A stretch of 64,000 bases of DNA from the NCBI GenBank assembly GCA_039621445.1, contig CP154954.1, positions 40,045,572 through 40,109,571 of the forward strand, given 5' to 3'. Under the pieces are notes generated by a model. The model had not been told where the DNA came from, made no database searches, and saw only the letters and a list, made by a program, of their open reading frames with translations. Shown here piece by piece: positions 51,311 to 64,000 of this stretch (the stretch's first letter is position 1; the number at the start of each line of letters is the position of its first letter). Origin of the DNA: Euglena gracilis (lineage: Eukaryota). Both the position numbers and the translations under genes were made by a program.

Positions 51311-54300
51311 CCTTTTGGTGTTGTTCAGCCGGAGTATATTAGGTCATTCATTCCCCCCATCCCAATAAATATTCAGCGCATACCTTCCAAGGAGATCTCC
51401 TGCACGGTTGCATTCTGCCGCAGGGCTGCCGCCAGGTCCTCTATTCCACCAGGCCCGATGTTGTTGCCTGGGGGAGGTGAGTGGAAGCCTCTCAATCCGC
51501 TTCTGGAAGTCACCCACCCAGAGCCTGGGGGGGGGGGGGCGGTCATTTTGGGTTTCAAAATGCATCCGGCACCCAACAGGTATTGGTCATTTTCGGGGAG
51601 GGCGAAAACACAGGAAAACAAATTTGAAAGATCCGAAAACCATGAAAATTTGGAAACTCTAAAAAATCTTTTCACCTCAAGGTAAATCACACAATAAATT
51701 TAGCAGATTTCAGCAGGTGTGAACCAGTGCCAACCAGTGCGTCACTCAACGGAAAAAATGCCAAGCCCTAAACAGGATATCAGCCCAGCGATTATGAGCA
51801 CCACTGTTTCAAGACAGTAGCATGTTACAAAGAAAAATGCCCCACCGAGACAAGACTCTATTTGTGGTACTGTTATTATTGACAACATGAACAGAATGAA
51901 AACTGTTTTTTAAAAGCGAAGAAAATAATTTCACAGATTTACCCCCATTCCGCAGGGGGGGGATTTACAAAAAAAACACCTCAAAGTATGGAACACAAAA
52001 CAAAGTGCAAAGAATGCAAAAAATGCAAGATGCACGTAAACTACTTTAGGAGCTCCCCAGGGCTGTGCACTTTTCCACCGGAGAGGGCTTGTAAAATTTT
52101 GACCTGCTCCAAATATGCAACACCAAAGGTAAATGTGGGTGCAAACTGCAACATCACATGGTGGTTCACCTAGTTGCCTTCACTTAAACCCCCCTCCCCA
52201 TATACAAATCCCCCCAAATACAACCCCCCCAAATATAAAAAACCCCCCGAGGACCTTGAAATCCTGCCCGAATATAACCCCCCCCAGCGCGAAGCGCCGG
52301 AAGGAAAATTTTTCGACAAAATCTCTCCCGAAATTGTGATTTTTGGCAGATTTGGGAGCACTTTTTTTTATACCAAAAATATGTGAAAATTGCTCCTTTA
52401 CCCGAAAACTGAAATCTTTGGACCCCAAAGGTGGGTGTATTTGTGATTTTGGACCGAAAAAGAGATTACTGGATCCCGCCAGGATGTCGATTTTTCCGAC
52501 CGAATGTAACCCCCCCCCCCAAATATAAAACCCCCTCGGGGTCTTGAAATTTCCGCCCAAATATAAAACCGGGGGTTTTTATATTTGGGGGGTTATATTT
52601 CATTTTGCAACTGCTGAATGTAGATTAGATCCAAGACGTGTAGTGTGCAACTTCCAGTAGTCTGGGAGTGGAGCAATCTTGCCTGTTTTGCCTGTTTGTG
52701 CAAATGCCTGGAAAAAAATCAGAAAGACAAAATGTGCAAAAAAAAGCAAAAAAAAGCAAAAAAGCGACTTTTCAAAAATTTTCATAGTGCAAAAAAAAAT
52801 GCAATTATGCAACTTGCATATCCCCCCCCCCTGCATCCTACCCGGGCGGCATACACCCCAGGTAGATCTCCTGTAGCGTGGTGGTGACCTTCAGGAGGGC
52901 CGCCAGGTGCTGGGCGCCTTCGGGGCCGATGCCATTGCCTGCGGGCGGCAGCAACACAGGGAGGGAAAGGGAAGGGGTCTTCCCACCCGCCTCTCGGCTC
53001 CTGAATCAATGGTGCAGTGCAAAGAGGAGCGATTAGGCACCAATTTTTTTTACATATATGGTCAGGGGAAGGACGCCCACCACTCGATGATAATGGCCTG
53101 AGATGGCCAAAATATGAAAACAAATTTCATATTTTGACCATGGCTGACCGTGGCCTAAAGAATGTGCAAAATGGGGGCCAGAAAAAAACACTTGGCTAAA
53201 ATATGCAGGAATATGAAATAAATGAGTGGGCGGGAATGGTGGATGTGTGGCTGGAAACCAGTTTTGCTATTTAGGATTTATGTCAGACAATTGTGGAAAA
53301 TGCTCCCAAGTGGTGGATAATGGCCCAAATGCCCCAAAACAGCTCATTGAACCACTGGTGCCAACGATACACACTAATACACAGGACAAAAGGCGTCCCA
53401 GGGAAAAATCTGCGCCAGGAGGAGAACCTTTTTTAAGCAGGAATCAAAATAATAAAAAAATAAGGAAGCCAAAACACCTGCAAATTCGCCCAAATTGGAA
53501 AATTTGCTAGAAAATTAGCGAAAAGAATACTTGCGTTCACTTGTGAACGATTTGGGGAATGTCCGAGACTCACCTTCCATTTCAGATTCATGCGGACAAA
53601 TTACGGAAAGGGGGAAAATGTGGAAAAATTGTAGAAAACTCCAGAAAACTGCAGAAAACTGCGGAAAATTGCAGACATCAATCTCCCGACCCAAATTAAC
53701 CCCAAACACATGTGGTCAAAATATGCGGAAATCAGGGCGTGTTTAAACGACCCCCGGGGTCCGCCCAGGGGGGGGGGGGGCGAAGAGCGGCCCAGGGAGC
53801 CGCCCAAAGCCCCGGGGGGGGGGGGGGGGGCTGGAAAATCTGGGCTGGCTGGAAAACGGCTGCTGGCTGACCGGTCCTGGGCTGGAACTGGGCCTGACCC
53901 GTCACACCAGGTACCAAAAAAAGTCGAATTTTAAAAAAAACTCCCAATAACTGCCAAGTCTGCAAAAATACCATTTTCAATTTGACCCCGAAATTGCCCT
54001 AAACAGCCCTTTTCCGACCCATTTCCACCCATTTTTGACCAGTTTTTGGGCCGTTTTTGCAGCCGCAGAGCCAAAAATCTGTTACCGTCCAGCCACCCAA
54101 AGGGCGGCTGGCTGGACCTGGGAAGGTGGGTTTCCACGGTTTGGGAGAGTGCCATAAACTCCCAGCCAAAGCCCCACCCACCAAAAAATGAGAACCCCCC
54201 CCCCGGAAATAAGACCCCCCAGCCAGATTTCCAGCAAAATACCAAAGCCCCCCCCCCCGCCACCACCCTCTCACATCTCACACTAACCCCAATTCTATGC

Positions 54301-57300
54301 CGCCCGCATCCACTACCCTCTGCCTCTCATTGTGTCCTGAACTGACGGATCAAGCACTCAGAACCCACAAATGTTGCTTCTTACCAACATGTTGACCCTT
54401 GAAACAACAAAAGACCTTACAACCAGAAATTGCGATTTGGACAATTGAATCACCACACCAAGGTTGGGTTTTGGGTCTTGGGAACATATAGGATAAAGTG
54501 GAGCCCCCACACTACCCCTACTACCCCATACCTGTACTCTTTGTTTTTTGGTGTGTGGTTTTTTGTTCTGTTGGTGCCAAATCTGAGGTTTGCGAGTTTG
54601 TCGGATGTGCGCAGTATGCGGATGCCCTTGCAGAAAATGATGTCTGATTTGGAATTTTATTTCGGCTACATCATGCAAAATTATCAGAATTTGCCCCTTT
54701 TTGGAATCCATCCTGAACAAGCCTTGTTTTTTCAAGCCGACATTGACCATGGTACAGTGCTGTAAACCAACAAAGTGGATTTTTTCCATTGTTGCACCGG
54801 GGATGATGGTATTTGGTTCTGGGGGGTCCAAAAAAAAGGCGAAAAAGTAAAAAAAAAAAATGACAAAAACAGTTGCGAAAAAAAAATATCTTTTTTGTAT
54901 GTTTTTTTTTTTGTGTTGTTTGTTATCCTGTTTTTATTGTATGTGTTTTTTGTGTGTGGGGTGTGTGTGTGTGTGGGGTACTGTGGGGGCTCCACTTTAC
55001 GCCATCACTCGTCTTGAGTTTTGGGTCCCCCCAAATTTTTTTGGGTACCCCCCCAAAAAACCAAAAATTTTGTATTTTTAGAACCCCCTGTTTGAAAATT
55101 TTTCTCATTTTTTCTCATCAACACAGCCCTTTCTTTATGGCTTCTTTCAACAAATTTTACAAAGCTGTGGACAGGAGTTCAATACCAGATTTGCCCTCCT
55201 CATGGAAAGGGCAAATATACAAATGTTTGTTGTCCCACAAAGCCATTGTTGAGGGGGTTGTCAACCGTGTCCCTTGTGACCACATTGTCAAGGCCACGAA
55301 TTTCGCAACCACCACTCCATAAGTTTGGGCCAAAAACGGGCGGGGCGCTGGCGGGTCGAAAAACGCTCATTTTCGGCTCAAAAACAGGTTTTCCGGGTCC
55401 GGGAGGCCAAAAACGTCGAAAGAACAAATAAAATTTTTCGTTTTTTTTCGCCTTTTTTTTGACCGTTTTTGGCCCAAACTCCATGGGTTTCGGGCCAAAA
55501 AAAAAAACGGGGTGCCCAGGGGCTGGAAAAACACTCATTTTCGGCTCAAAAACAGATTTTCCGGGTCCGGGAGGACAAAAACATCGTTTCGGGCAAAAAA
55601 AAATCCGATTTTTTTCCCGGCTTTGACCTTGACCCGAAACTGGCCGAAACGGCTAAGTCAAAACAAACCAAAACTGTACAAAATGGCCAAAACTGGCCGA
55701 AAAATGGCAACAACTCGGGTCAGTCTCTGGACGTTTCCTTTGATTCCCCACCATTTTTGAGAAATCTCAGAAAAATGTGAGAAGCGTCGCCCAGCAAGCT
55801 TTGATTGACGAGCTGCTTTCGAAGCACCGTAAATGATGACCTTCGGAGCAACTCATGGCAAGGGCCCGTGTTCTTCATGTGGTCGACCATTGTTTCCCGT
55901 GGGTTTCTCTCATCGTCAATGGAGACCCAAAATTTTGATTTTTGGGTACCCCCCCAAAGTTTTGGCCGATTCTGGGGCTCCCCCAAAAAATACAGAAACA
56001 AAACCCAACGTTGACCACACAATGGCATTAGCACTCGATGGATAATGGCAAAAAATTTCAGGCCGCAAATTTTCCCATTTAAGGCCGTTTTAGCCAATGG
56101 GTGCTGGGCTGGGACACCCCCGCCAAAGTCGATGTGCGCCCTCGTGACGGTGTGTCTTTAATGCCTTCAAAAAAAGGCATGAACGACTCGCATTGATTTT
56201 CTGTTAGTTTCGGCCTCGGCTCTTTCCCCCAACAAACAATACTGGGGAAACAGCCATTGTCTCATCGCACACACTGCATCATGTCGTATGTGACTGGGGA
56301 ATCACTGTCCCCAACCACACCTCAGCGTCGTCATCCAGACCAAACGAGCAACTTTAAATGAATGATGCCTAAAAAGCAACGTTTTTTAAAAAAGTGCCCG
56401 CATCTGCCTGAACGGCAACCCTGGCGGCCCCACCCAGAAACAGAGAGCGTTGGCGGGCGGCGCACCATACAGGTGGATCTCCCGCAGTGTGACGTTCCGC
56501 TCCAGGGCGGCCGCCAGGCGCCGGGCCCCCTCGGGGCCAATGTCGTTGCCTGAAGGAGGGGGGGGCGGAGGACAGAGGGAAGGGAGGGGCGGGATTCCTG
56601 GCCGGGTCTGGACCCCCGGGGCAGACCCTGAGGTGAGGCCCCCGGGGGTGGGTTTGCTTTGTGTGCACCGACTGGATAACTTCTCTGCCAAAACTGTACT
56701 TTAAATGCCTCAATGCAGTCTCAAGCACTGGAGAACAGCACATTTCTTGGGGTGGAGAGAGAAATGACCGCAACCTGGAGCTTCTGGCGTGCCAAATTGG
56801 TGATCTTTGGCGATGTGGAATAGGGGAAAGTGGGTGAAATGAGACAGATTTGGCAGACAAAAATTGCATGAAAAATTCATCAGTGTGGAGTTTGCTGATG
56901 CGGTCAGATACAAAGAAAAGGTTTTTTGTAAGCGGTGAGCTTCGTGATACACCTAGATGAGCCGTTTGGTTGAGGGAGGTTGGATGAAAAATGGAATTTC
57001 AAGAAATTGACAGCATTTGCCTCGACTGGGTCACTGAGGAAATGCAGTATTTTTTTTAAAGAAAAAGCTCAAAGCGAGGAACAGAAAGGGGAAGAACAGC
57101 AAAAGTCGGGGAGGGCACACGGTCTAGATAGATCTCCTGCAGGGTGTCATTCACCTTCAGCACCTCTGCCAGGTGCCAGGCCCCCTCAGAGCCGATGCCG
57201 TTATCTGAAACGAGCAGAGGGGTACGGGGTTTGACACAAATGCCAGGTGGGTTGGGGTGGTCTGCCCCCTTCCAGTCAAGGGGGGGGGGGGAGGATACCC

Positions 57301-57788
57301 CCAATGCAGTGGCATAGCAAGTTGGACCGCGCGAAGCGCTGGACCGAAAAAAAAATGCCCTCATGCTGGCCAAAAATGCCGAGTTTAGAAAGCATGCGAA
57401 AGATCCGGTAAAAAAAAACGGTGCAAAGTGCCGGAGGGAGAAAAAAACTGACCCTTGGAAGCTGCCCCTTTTCTCAATTGCACCTGCACGGAAAAATGCA
57501 TAGGTTCATCAGCGCATCACTGAAACTGCAGATGATGGTGGTGTGGGGTGGCCATTATGTGACCAATTTCAAACTCCCGAGACTTGTTGTTGGTATTTTC
57601 GGGTTGCTTTCGCTCAAAAGGATCAGATTTGTGACCTTAAGTGGCCCAAAGAAAATATGGCCCAGGATGCGAATCAGAGCACGCGTGTTGTTTCACTGGC
57701 ACACTCCAGATGCGGAGCTTCTGCACGGTGCTGTTCCCCCTCAGCACCTCGCCCAGGTGTGCTGCTCCATTCACGCCAAAGCCCAGGT
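46443..57788 (-). CDS. RI/NLRC3-type leucine-rich repeat protein (partial), one 28-aa repeat per exon
   Basis: AG/GT-bounded 84-nt phase-1 exons at 57788-57705, 57204-57121, 56549-56466, 52938-52855, 51467-51384, 46845-46762 and 46526-46443, consensus NxIGxEGAxHLAxALxxNxTLQEIxL. An aberrant exon starts at 48362. Confidence 0.9.
51247..51304. repeat. (CGTG)n(TG)n microsatellite
   Basis: Direct inspection. Confidence 0.9.
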
Positions 57789-59147
57789 CTGCAGGTACAT
57801 AATGTGTGGCAGGTAAACCTTCGGACCGCAGGGGGTGGTCTTGCACCCCCGGCAAGGAGAAGGCACCCCCCCCCCCGAAAGCGTAGACCAGGCTGCTCCT
57901 TTTTGCCAACCCCAGGGAGGGGGGTGCTTCTGCAATGGGGTGCTGGGCCATGGGTGTCTGCTGACCAAGCGATCAAATCTGCATCGCAACTGGAATTAAA
58001 ATTCCTTTTTGGGTTGGGAGTCGGCCAAGAATTCCAGTTGCCGTGACCAGACGGTGGACTCCCGTGCCGCTGACGGAGGAGGAAGCCAAGTCAGCCGTGA
58101 CCTTCTTTCCGGAGATAAAACCAACTCTCTTTAGGGGAAAACCACACTGCAAAACGCTGCTAGGAGGATGCCCTTTTTGGTGGAGGGCCTCCTGGCTGCC
58201 TAAAGAATGACCACCCTGGTTCAAGGACAAAGGTAGATGGCAGGAGGTCAATGGGCTGAATTTGGTCGAGCCCAATCTCCCCCTCCTGGATATGGTTCAA
58301 TGTGGTGCAGGACCTCCATACTCTCTCCCCGCACAGTGGTGGAGGCGCACACCGTTCAAATCAATGATCCAGTTTGAATATTCTGTGCACAGCAGGCTTT
58401 CAACCGCCGACAGCATGCATTCCATTGCTGAAGGAACAAGTGAGTGTGGCAAACAAGATGTTCGGAAGACGCATATGAACTCCCCCCCTGAACTGCTTCA
58501 CAACAAGGCATTTGTGCTCAAATGCAAGCCCACAAGAAACGTTGCCACAAACGAAGAAGAACGTTGCTGTTCCCTGCAAATCGTTCGGCACTACCATGTG
58601 TCTCATTCGCCCCCCCTCCAATTTACCGCTTAAGAGATGCACTGTGAGAAATGCACCAATTCTCTGAATACAGGAGTGGGGCCAAAGGCTGAAATGGAGG
58701 TGCTCCGTTGGGGGTGCGGGGAGGACCCATGGCACTGAAGAAGAGCAGGGGGGGGAACTTCGGATATTTCTCCATCTTCATCATGAAAAACGCCATCAAT
58801 GACTTCAAACCCTTTGTGTTGTCTTTCAATGTGCAGAAACAGTTTGTTTGTTTGTTTGGATGCACGACAGGCATAATTGTTCACAATCTGCACAGTGCCG
58901 CGTGAACAAAACAATAAAACGCACAACACAAAGCAAACTTTTCCTTCAAGCCATTAAAAAAATTCACCTCAGAAAAAATCCATTGTGCATCTTTGTAAGG
59001 TATGTTGCGCTTTTTCAAGGCATTTTAGGAAATAAGTTAGGGCACTTTTTGGGGGTTCTTTTGGGGGGTTACGTCGTGTATTCCTTTTCATTTCCAAATA
59101 ATATGATTTTGTGCACTCCTCCCACCCAAATAACACTGTCAGGGTAG

Positions 59148-59189
59148 CATCACCATCATCATCATCATCATCATCATCGTCACCACCAC

Positions 59190-59233
<44 letters not shown>

Positions 59234-59253
59234 CCACCACCACCACCACCACC

Positions 59254-59287
<34 letters not shown>

Positions 59288-59294
59288 TCACCAG

Positions 59295-59353
<59 letters not shown>

Positions 59354-59373
59354 CCACCACCACCACCACCACC

Positions 59374-59405
<32 letters not shown>

Positions 59406-59414
59406 CATCATCAC
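59148..59414. repeat. Compound (CAT)n/(CAC)n microsatellite
   Basis: Direct inspection. Confidence 0.95.
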
Positions 59415-62367
59415 TATTTTCCCAAAGTTCCCACCCAAGGGGTATTATTTGGGGGGGGGGGAAGTGCTATCCTTTAATTATTTTAGACTTTTCGAAAATC
59501 CATGAGACCAAAAATAACACCCCAAAAAACCCTTTCTGGTCATTTTTCTTTTTGCAGTTTCTTGCAAAATTTGGCATTTTTTGTGAGGCCAGCTGGTCCA
59601 CAAAATCCAATTTTTCGGTCATTTATTGCCGTGAATTCTGATTTTCAACCAAATTTTTTGTCGGACAGAAATCGACATCGGTGGCCTGAAATTGGGGGCG
59701 GGTATTATTTTTTTCGGCTGAAGTCCGACCCCAAGGCAGGGTATTATTTGGGGGACGGTTAAACCGCCTGCCCCAGTTTTTTTCGACCCCCTGCCCATGG
59801 GGTGGGGGGGGGTGAAAAATAGGTTTTTCGCTCTGGATCCCCAGGATGACTTGGCCGGGCCACTTTGATGAAGACGAAGGTGCTTTGTGCTGTCCCTTTA
59901 TGCCTCGCATACTCCCTTTTGGCAAGACTGTGGAAAATGGTTCCCTTTTGGGTGAACAGCTTTGGGGGAAGTGAGGGCAATGCCCGGCAGGAAAAGGTGC
60001 TGGGAACCCGGCACAGGGGCGGGCAGCCGAGGGCACGGCACTGGGGCAAGCAGCAAGGGGCGAAGCGCTGGGGCGGGCGGGCCGGGGGCTCATATGGCCG
60101 AATACCAAATGGGGTGTCACTCTCCTATGGTTAAGACCGGGGGGGGAGGGGGGAGGGGGTCGGCACCCACCCACCGGGTCCAAGGGACCCACCCACCCCC
60201 CCTCCCCCCCGGGGGAGGGGGTCCAAGACTAAAAAAAACCACTGGTGCAAATGGATTTCTTTGGACCAGTTCCGGTGCCACAAGCCCCAGAGGTGTTGGT
60301 GTTGTCCGAAACCAGGAGGAGCCAGTCACTCCGCAATACCAGTTGCACCCCTCAGGGTTGGGGTTGGACAGAAATTGAACAATGGCGCAAGGCTGCTTGA
60401 AGACCCAGGGGGTCCTCCCACCCCACCCACCCATTTTTCGGTCAATCTTATTGCCGTGAATTCTGATTTTTCAAGATCCCCCCCGGAAACCACCCAGAAA
60501 TGGGGTTGTCTCAGGGCATTTTCAAAAAATTCTCCGGTCGAAACCCATACCCAGGCTGCTGGTCCAGGACCCCCCCAGAGGTTGTTTGGCGCCGCACCCA
60601 AGAGCCTGTGATCAAGCCTAAAATTTGCCCACTTTAGGTTGGCCATTTTTAAACTGTAGGTGGGGGTTCAAAATATCACAATTTTGGGTTGTATTCGGTG
60701 CCAACAGGGGGTAAGCACAATGGACCCTCAAAAAATGCGACACAAAAAAAGCCGCAAACAAAAACGCAAACAAAAAGCAAACAAACAAACACAAAAAGAG
60801 CGGCAGTTGCATAAATTCCTTCAGGAACTCCCAGGATATACGCTATTCAGGAGTGGACTTGAAAAATTTCACCTGTTAATATCTTTTATTGTGCAACTAT
60901 ATTCTGATGTATTTCGCTTAGATTTCGGGAATGTGCAATTTTTGGCCAAAAATAGTCCAAAGATGACAAAAATTGGCAAAAAGTTTGGTCACAGGGAAAA
61001 ATCGGGCCAAAATGTTGAATTTTTTTCGAAGTCGAAAAATTTCTAAAAAAATGGGAAAGAGAAATCGCCGGAGGAAAACAAAAACACAAAAAAAAACAAG
61101 AAAAAAAAGCAAAAAAACCCACAAATTTTGCCAATTCAAACACCACAAAAACACACAAAAAAAGTGTCTGTGTCCCTCCCCCATGGTGCCAACTGCGTCA
61201 CATGGCGCAAAGGCCTTCGATAATTAAATAATAAGAAATGGAGAACTTTGTTGGACACTTGCTCCGAATGTGAAAATGCCAAAATGAGGGGAGAATGCAA
61301 TTCAACTGCAATAACCCAGAAAAAGTAAGTTTGGGTTTCTTGCCAGAGAGGTTGAAACCAAGTTCCTAGAATCCCAGAATCGCAGAATCATGACCAGAAA
61401 ACCCCATCATATGTCTCCCTCTCAATGGCCTGGATTGAGAAAGCAGTCACTTGGAACCCAAGATTGTTGGTCCTGACCACAAAGTCAAAATTTTCGTCCC
61501 TTGAAAAACAATTTCAAAGGAGGATGGCCAAATTTTTCTCGGTTTAGGTGATCTGGGCCACTTTGGGCCATTTAGGAAATTCTCGGGAATTTTAGGGACC
61601 CCAACCCAAAAAAAAGGTCAAAATCATTTGGGCTTTCCAGGCCAATTAAGCAATAGGTCCTTCCTGCACCCCCTCGAGGGGGTGTTCTGAGTTGAAACAG
61701 AAGCCTGAATGGGACGGTCCAAGCCAAAGCGCAGCAAAAGCCTTGAATCAACAAGTTTGCCTAAAGACCCTCCCTCAAATAAAACCCCTGCCAATTTTGG
61801 CAAAAATCTAAAAAGAAGACCCTTCTAAAACTAACATGTGCAAAACGATTGTGCAAAATAATCGAAAATGGATGAGTTTTTGAAATGGTGATTTTTGGCT
61901 TATATTTTTTCTCGTTTGTTGAAACTTGGCATCTTTGGAGGCAACATTTGTTTGTTGCAAAAATCCTGCCCTTTGATTTTGGAACCTCATGGACGAAGAC
62001 CTCTTCCAGCCAATCCTTTCAGCAAAGATCCAAATGTGGACCCGTCCCAAGAATAAGATCCCCTTAATGTCCATTGGAATTTTCAAATCAAAATAAAATG
62101 TGGGATACGGTACTGCTCTGATGGTATGTGCACTCCATTTGTGTGCGTGTGGCAAAGGTTCTTTGGATCAACACCAACTGATTACAAAGCTGTAGCTTAA
62201 GTTTTCACTGTATCCTGCTGCTTTAACTTTTGGGAACCTGTCTGTCCCCACCAATTGTTTTGGCCAAGTTTTTGGAAAGAGCAGGATGAAACGTCCATGA
62301 CAGATTTACGATTGGCCCCCAAACTTGGCCCACACACAGGGAATGGGAAAGAAGGGAAAAAGAAAAG

Positions 62368-62806
62368 CATACCCGCCCCCCCCCCCGGGCAATTGTCGCG
62401 CAACAAATCGGACAGCACGGAGGGGGGTGACAATTTCCCAGGGTGACAATTTGGCCAGCACAGAGGGGGGTGACAATTGCCCGGGGGCGTCAATTGCCCG
62501 GGGACGTCAATTGCCCACCCATGTAGGCCACATTAAATCCAAATGACCAAGAACACCATCTGAAACACCAGTGAACCCGCAAAAATGCAGCTATGGTTGT
62601 GATATTGTGCAGAGCATTTGGTGAGGATCAATCGAGCCGTGCCGGCGAAAAGAAAGTTCACAAACATCTTCTGTGGGGGGGGGGGTGACAAATTGGGCAG
62701 CACAGAGGGGGGTGACAATTTCCTGGGGTGACAAATTGGCCGGCACAGCCAGGGGTGACAATTGCCCGGGGGCGTCAATTGCCCGGGGGGGGGGAGGGCG
62801 GGTATG
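62368..62806. mobile_element. MITE-like element with GGGTGACAATT internal repeats
   Basis: TIR CATACCCGCCC / GGGCGGGTATG; two internal blocks of GGGTGACAAWT units; no clear TSD. Confidence 0.55.
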
Positions 62807-64000
62807 GTGTTGATCCTGCTGATCGTCTCCCCTCCAAATGAGCACGGTGCACAGCACTACAGGGGAAAAAAATGACGTTGGGCCGTGGAGGTGCACTCAA
62901 AAGGCATCTCCTTTTTCTAAAAAAAAAATGTCATGAACGTTGCCTTTTGGCGGTCGTCCATGCATGAAAGGCATACTTAGACTACCCGCCAGCTTGGGCG
63001 GGACACAATCGCTGATGCAATATTTCAGAGTGACCACTCAACAAATCACCAAATATTAAACTCCCACCACACAATAAAAATGATCCCCCCCACCTGGAAA
63101 CCTCCATTTGAACTCAAAACAATTGAAAACCTCACAATGATTCAATCAAAAAGAGAAGCTCATTTGCAGAAGAACTGCCAGCACAAGATGTGACCAAAAA
63201 CCTTACGAAAAACTGGCTTTTTTGAAAAAATTCTGAGGCACCAAAAAAAAAAACCTGCGCAACAAATAGACCAGGGGTGAAATTGCAGCAAAAAATTGCA
63301 GTGGAGGGGGGGTTGTAAAAAGTTGCAAACGGGCCATGCCGGGGTTGCCAGGGGGTGAACACCTCTGCAGGGGGGAACGGTGAAAGAACGACAGGGGATT
63401 GTTTTAAAAACGTGAGGTCAAGTGGAGGTGACTCAGGCCAGGTCCTTAGTAAAAAAAAAAATGGATGAACGTGGGGTGTCGCCATGCCGGATTACTTAGA
63501 CTCACCCCGAGGGAATTCCCCTACTTTGCGTTGTTCGCTGATTTCGAATGCTTTTGGAGTTGCAGATTCTTCTGCTATTCATTCTTTGCAATATTCATTG
63601 TGAAGTGACCATAACTCACCACAATCAACACCCTCACCGAAACCCATAAAACTCCAAATTAAAAAATGCACAAAAGCATTCATATTCAAAAAATGACGAA
63701 TTTCCTTCCCATCAATTTTTGCCCGGGTGAGGAACCTTGGGTTTAAAATGGGAGGAATCCAATCCATTTGAAAGACCTTCTGTGAATCACTCACATTTGA
63801 AGAAAAAAAAACCTCCGCATAGCTTCTATCATCATTAGCCCAAGAATTTGAGAGCAGCCCAGCAGCCGGTGATTAATGCAGTCAAAAGGGTTCAGAGTGG
63901 TCTAATGCGCCATTGCCAGAGTTGCGGGAACCAAAATGCCAAAATGCGGGAACCAAAAATGGTTGGTGGTGGCCGGGTGCACCCACCACCAACCATAGCA

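Noticed and set aside
59111-59641. Poly-Ser/Pro or poly-Met ORFs
   Set aside because: Translation of a trinucleotide microsatellite.
58200-63500. Upstream exons of the LRR gene (e.g. ~58720-58810, ~63330-63370)
   Set aside because: Plausible but with no recognisable domain or verifiable junctions.

Overview
Repeat-rich eukaryotic genomic DNA, almost certainly from a photosynthetic euglenid. Several genes splice in frame only through euglenid-type non-conventional introns (no GT-AG, complementary ends), and one encodes a Euglena class I-type plastid presequence. Host genes, all on the minus strand: a plastid (probably thylakoid-lumen) targeted protein (~4.2-8.6 kb), two tandem VTI1-type SNAREs (28-39 kb) and an RI/NLRC3-type LRR gene built from 84-nt exons (46-58 kb). 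These sit among many MITEs and a decayed Tc1 element. The main discovery is an 11,069-bp DNA transposon (9146-20214; 26-bp CTTAGG-terminal TIRs, 5-bp TSD ACTTT) nested in an older hAT-like element. It encodes an intact 878-aa DDE transposase with Academ/Transib/RAG1-like motifs and a second ~965-aa gene with a ParB/Srx-like N-terminus, possibly followed by a dead methyltransferase fold. It also carries ~23 copies of a TTGCGCAWTTGCGC palindrome that I see only inside the element, suggesting a ParB/parS-like system in a eukaryotic transposon. A non-autonomous relative (814-3443; same termini, TSD ACAGT) carries a different dispersed palindrome. All protein family assignments are by eye from motifs and need profile searches.
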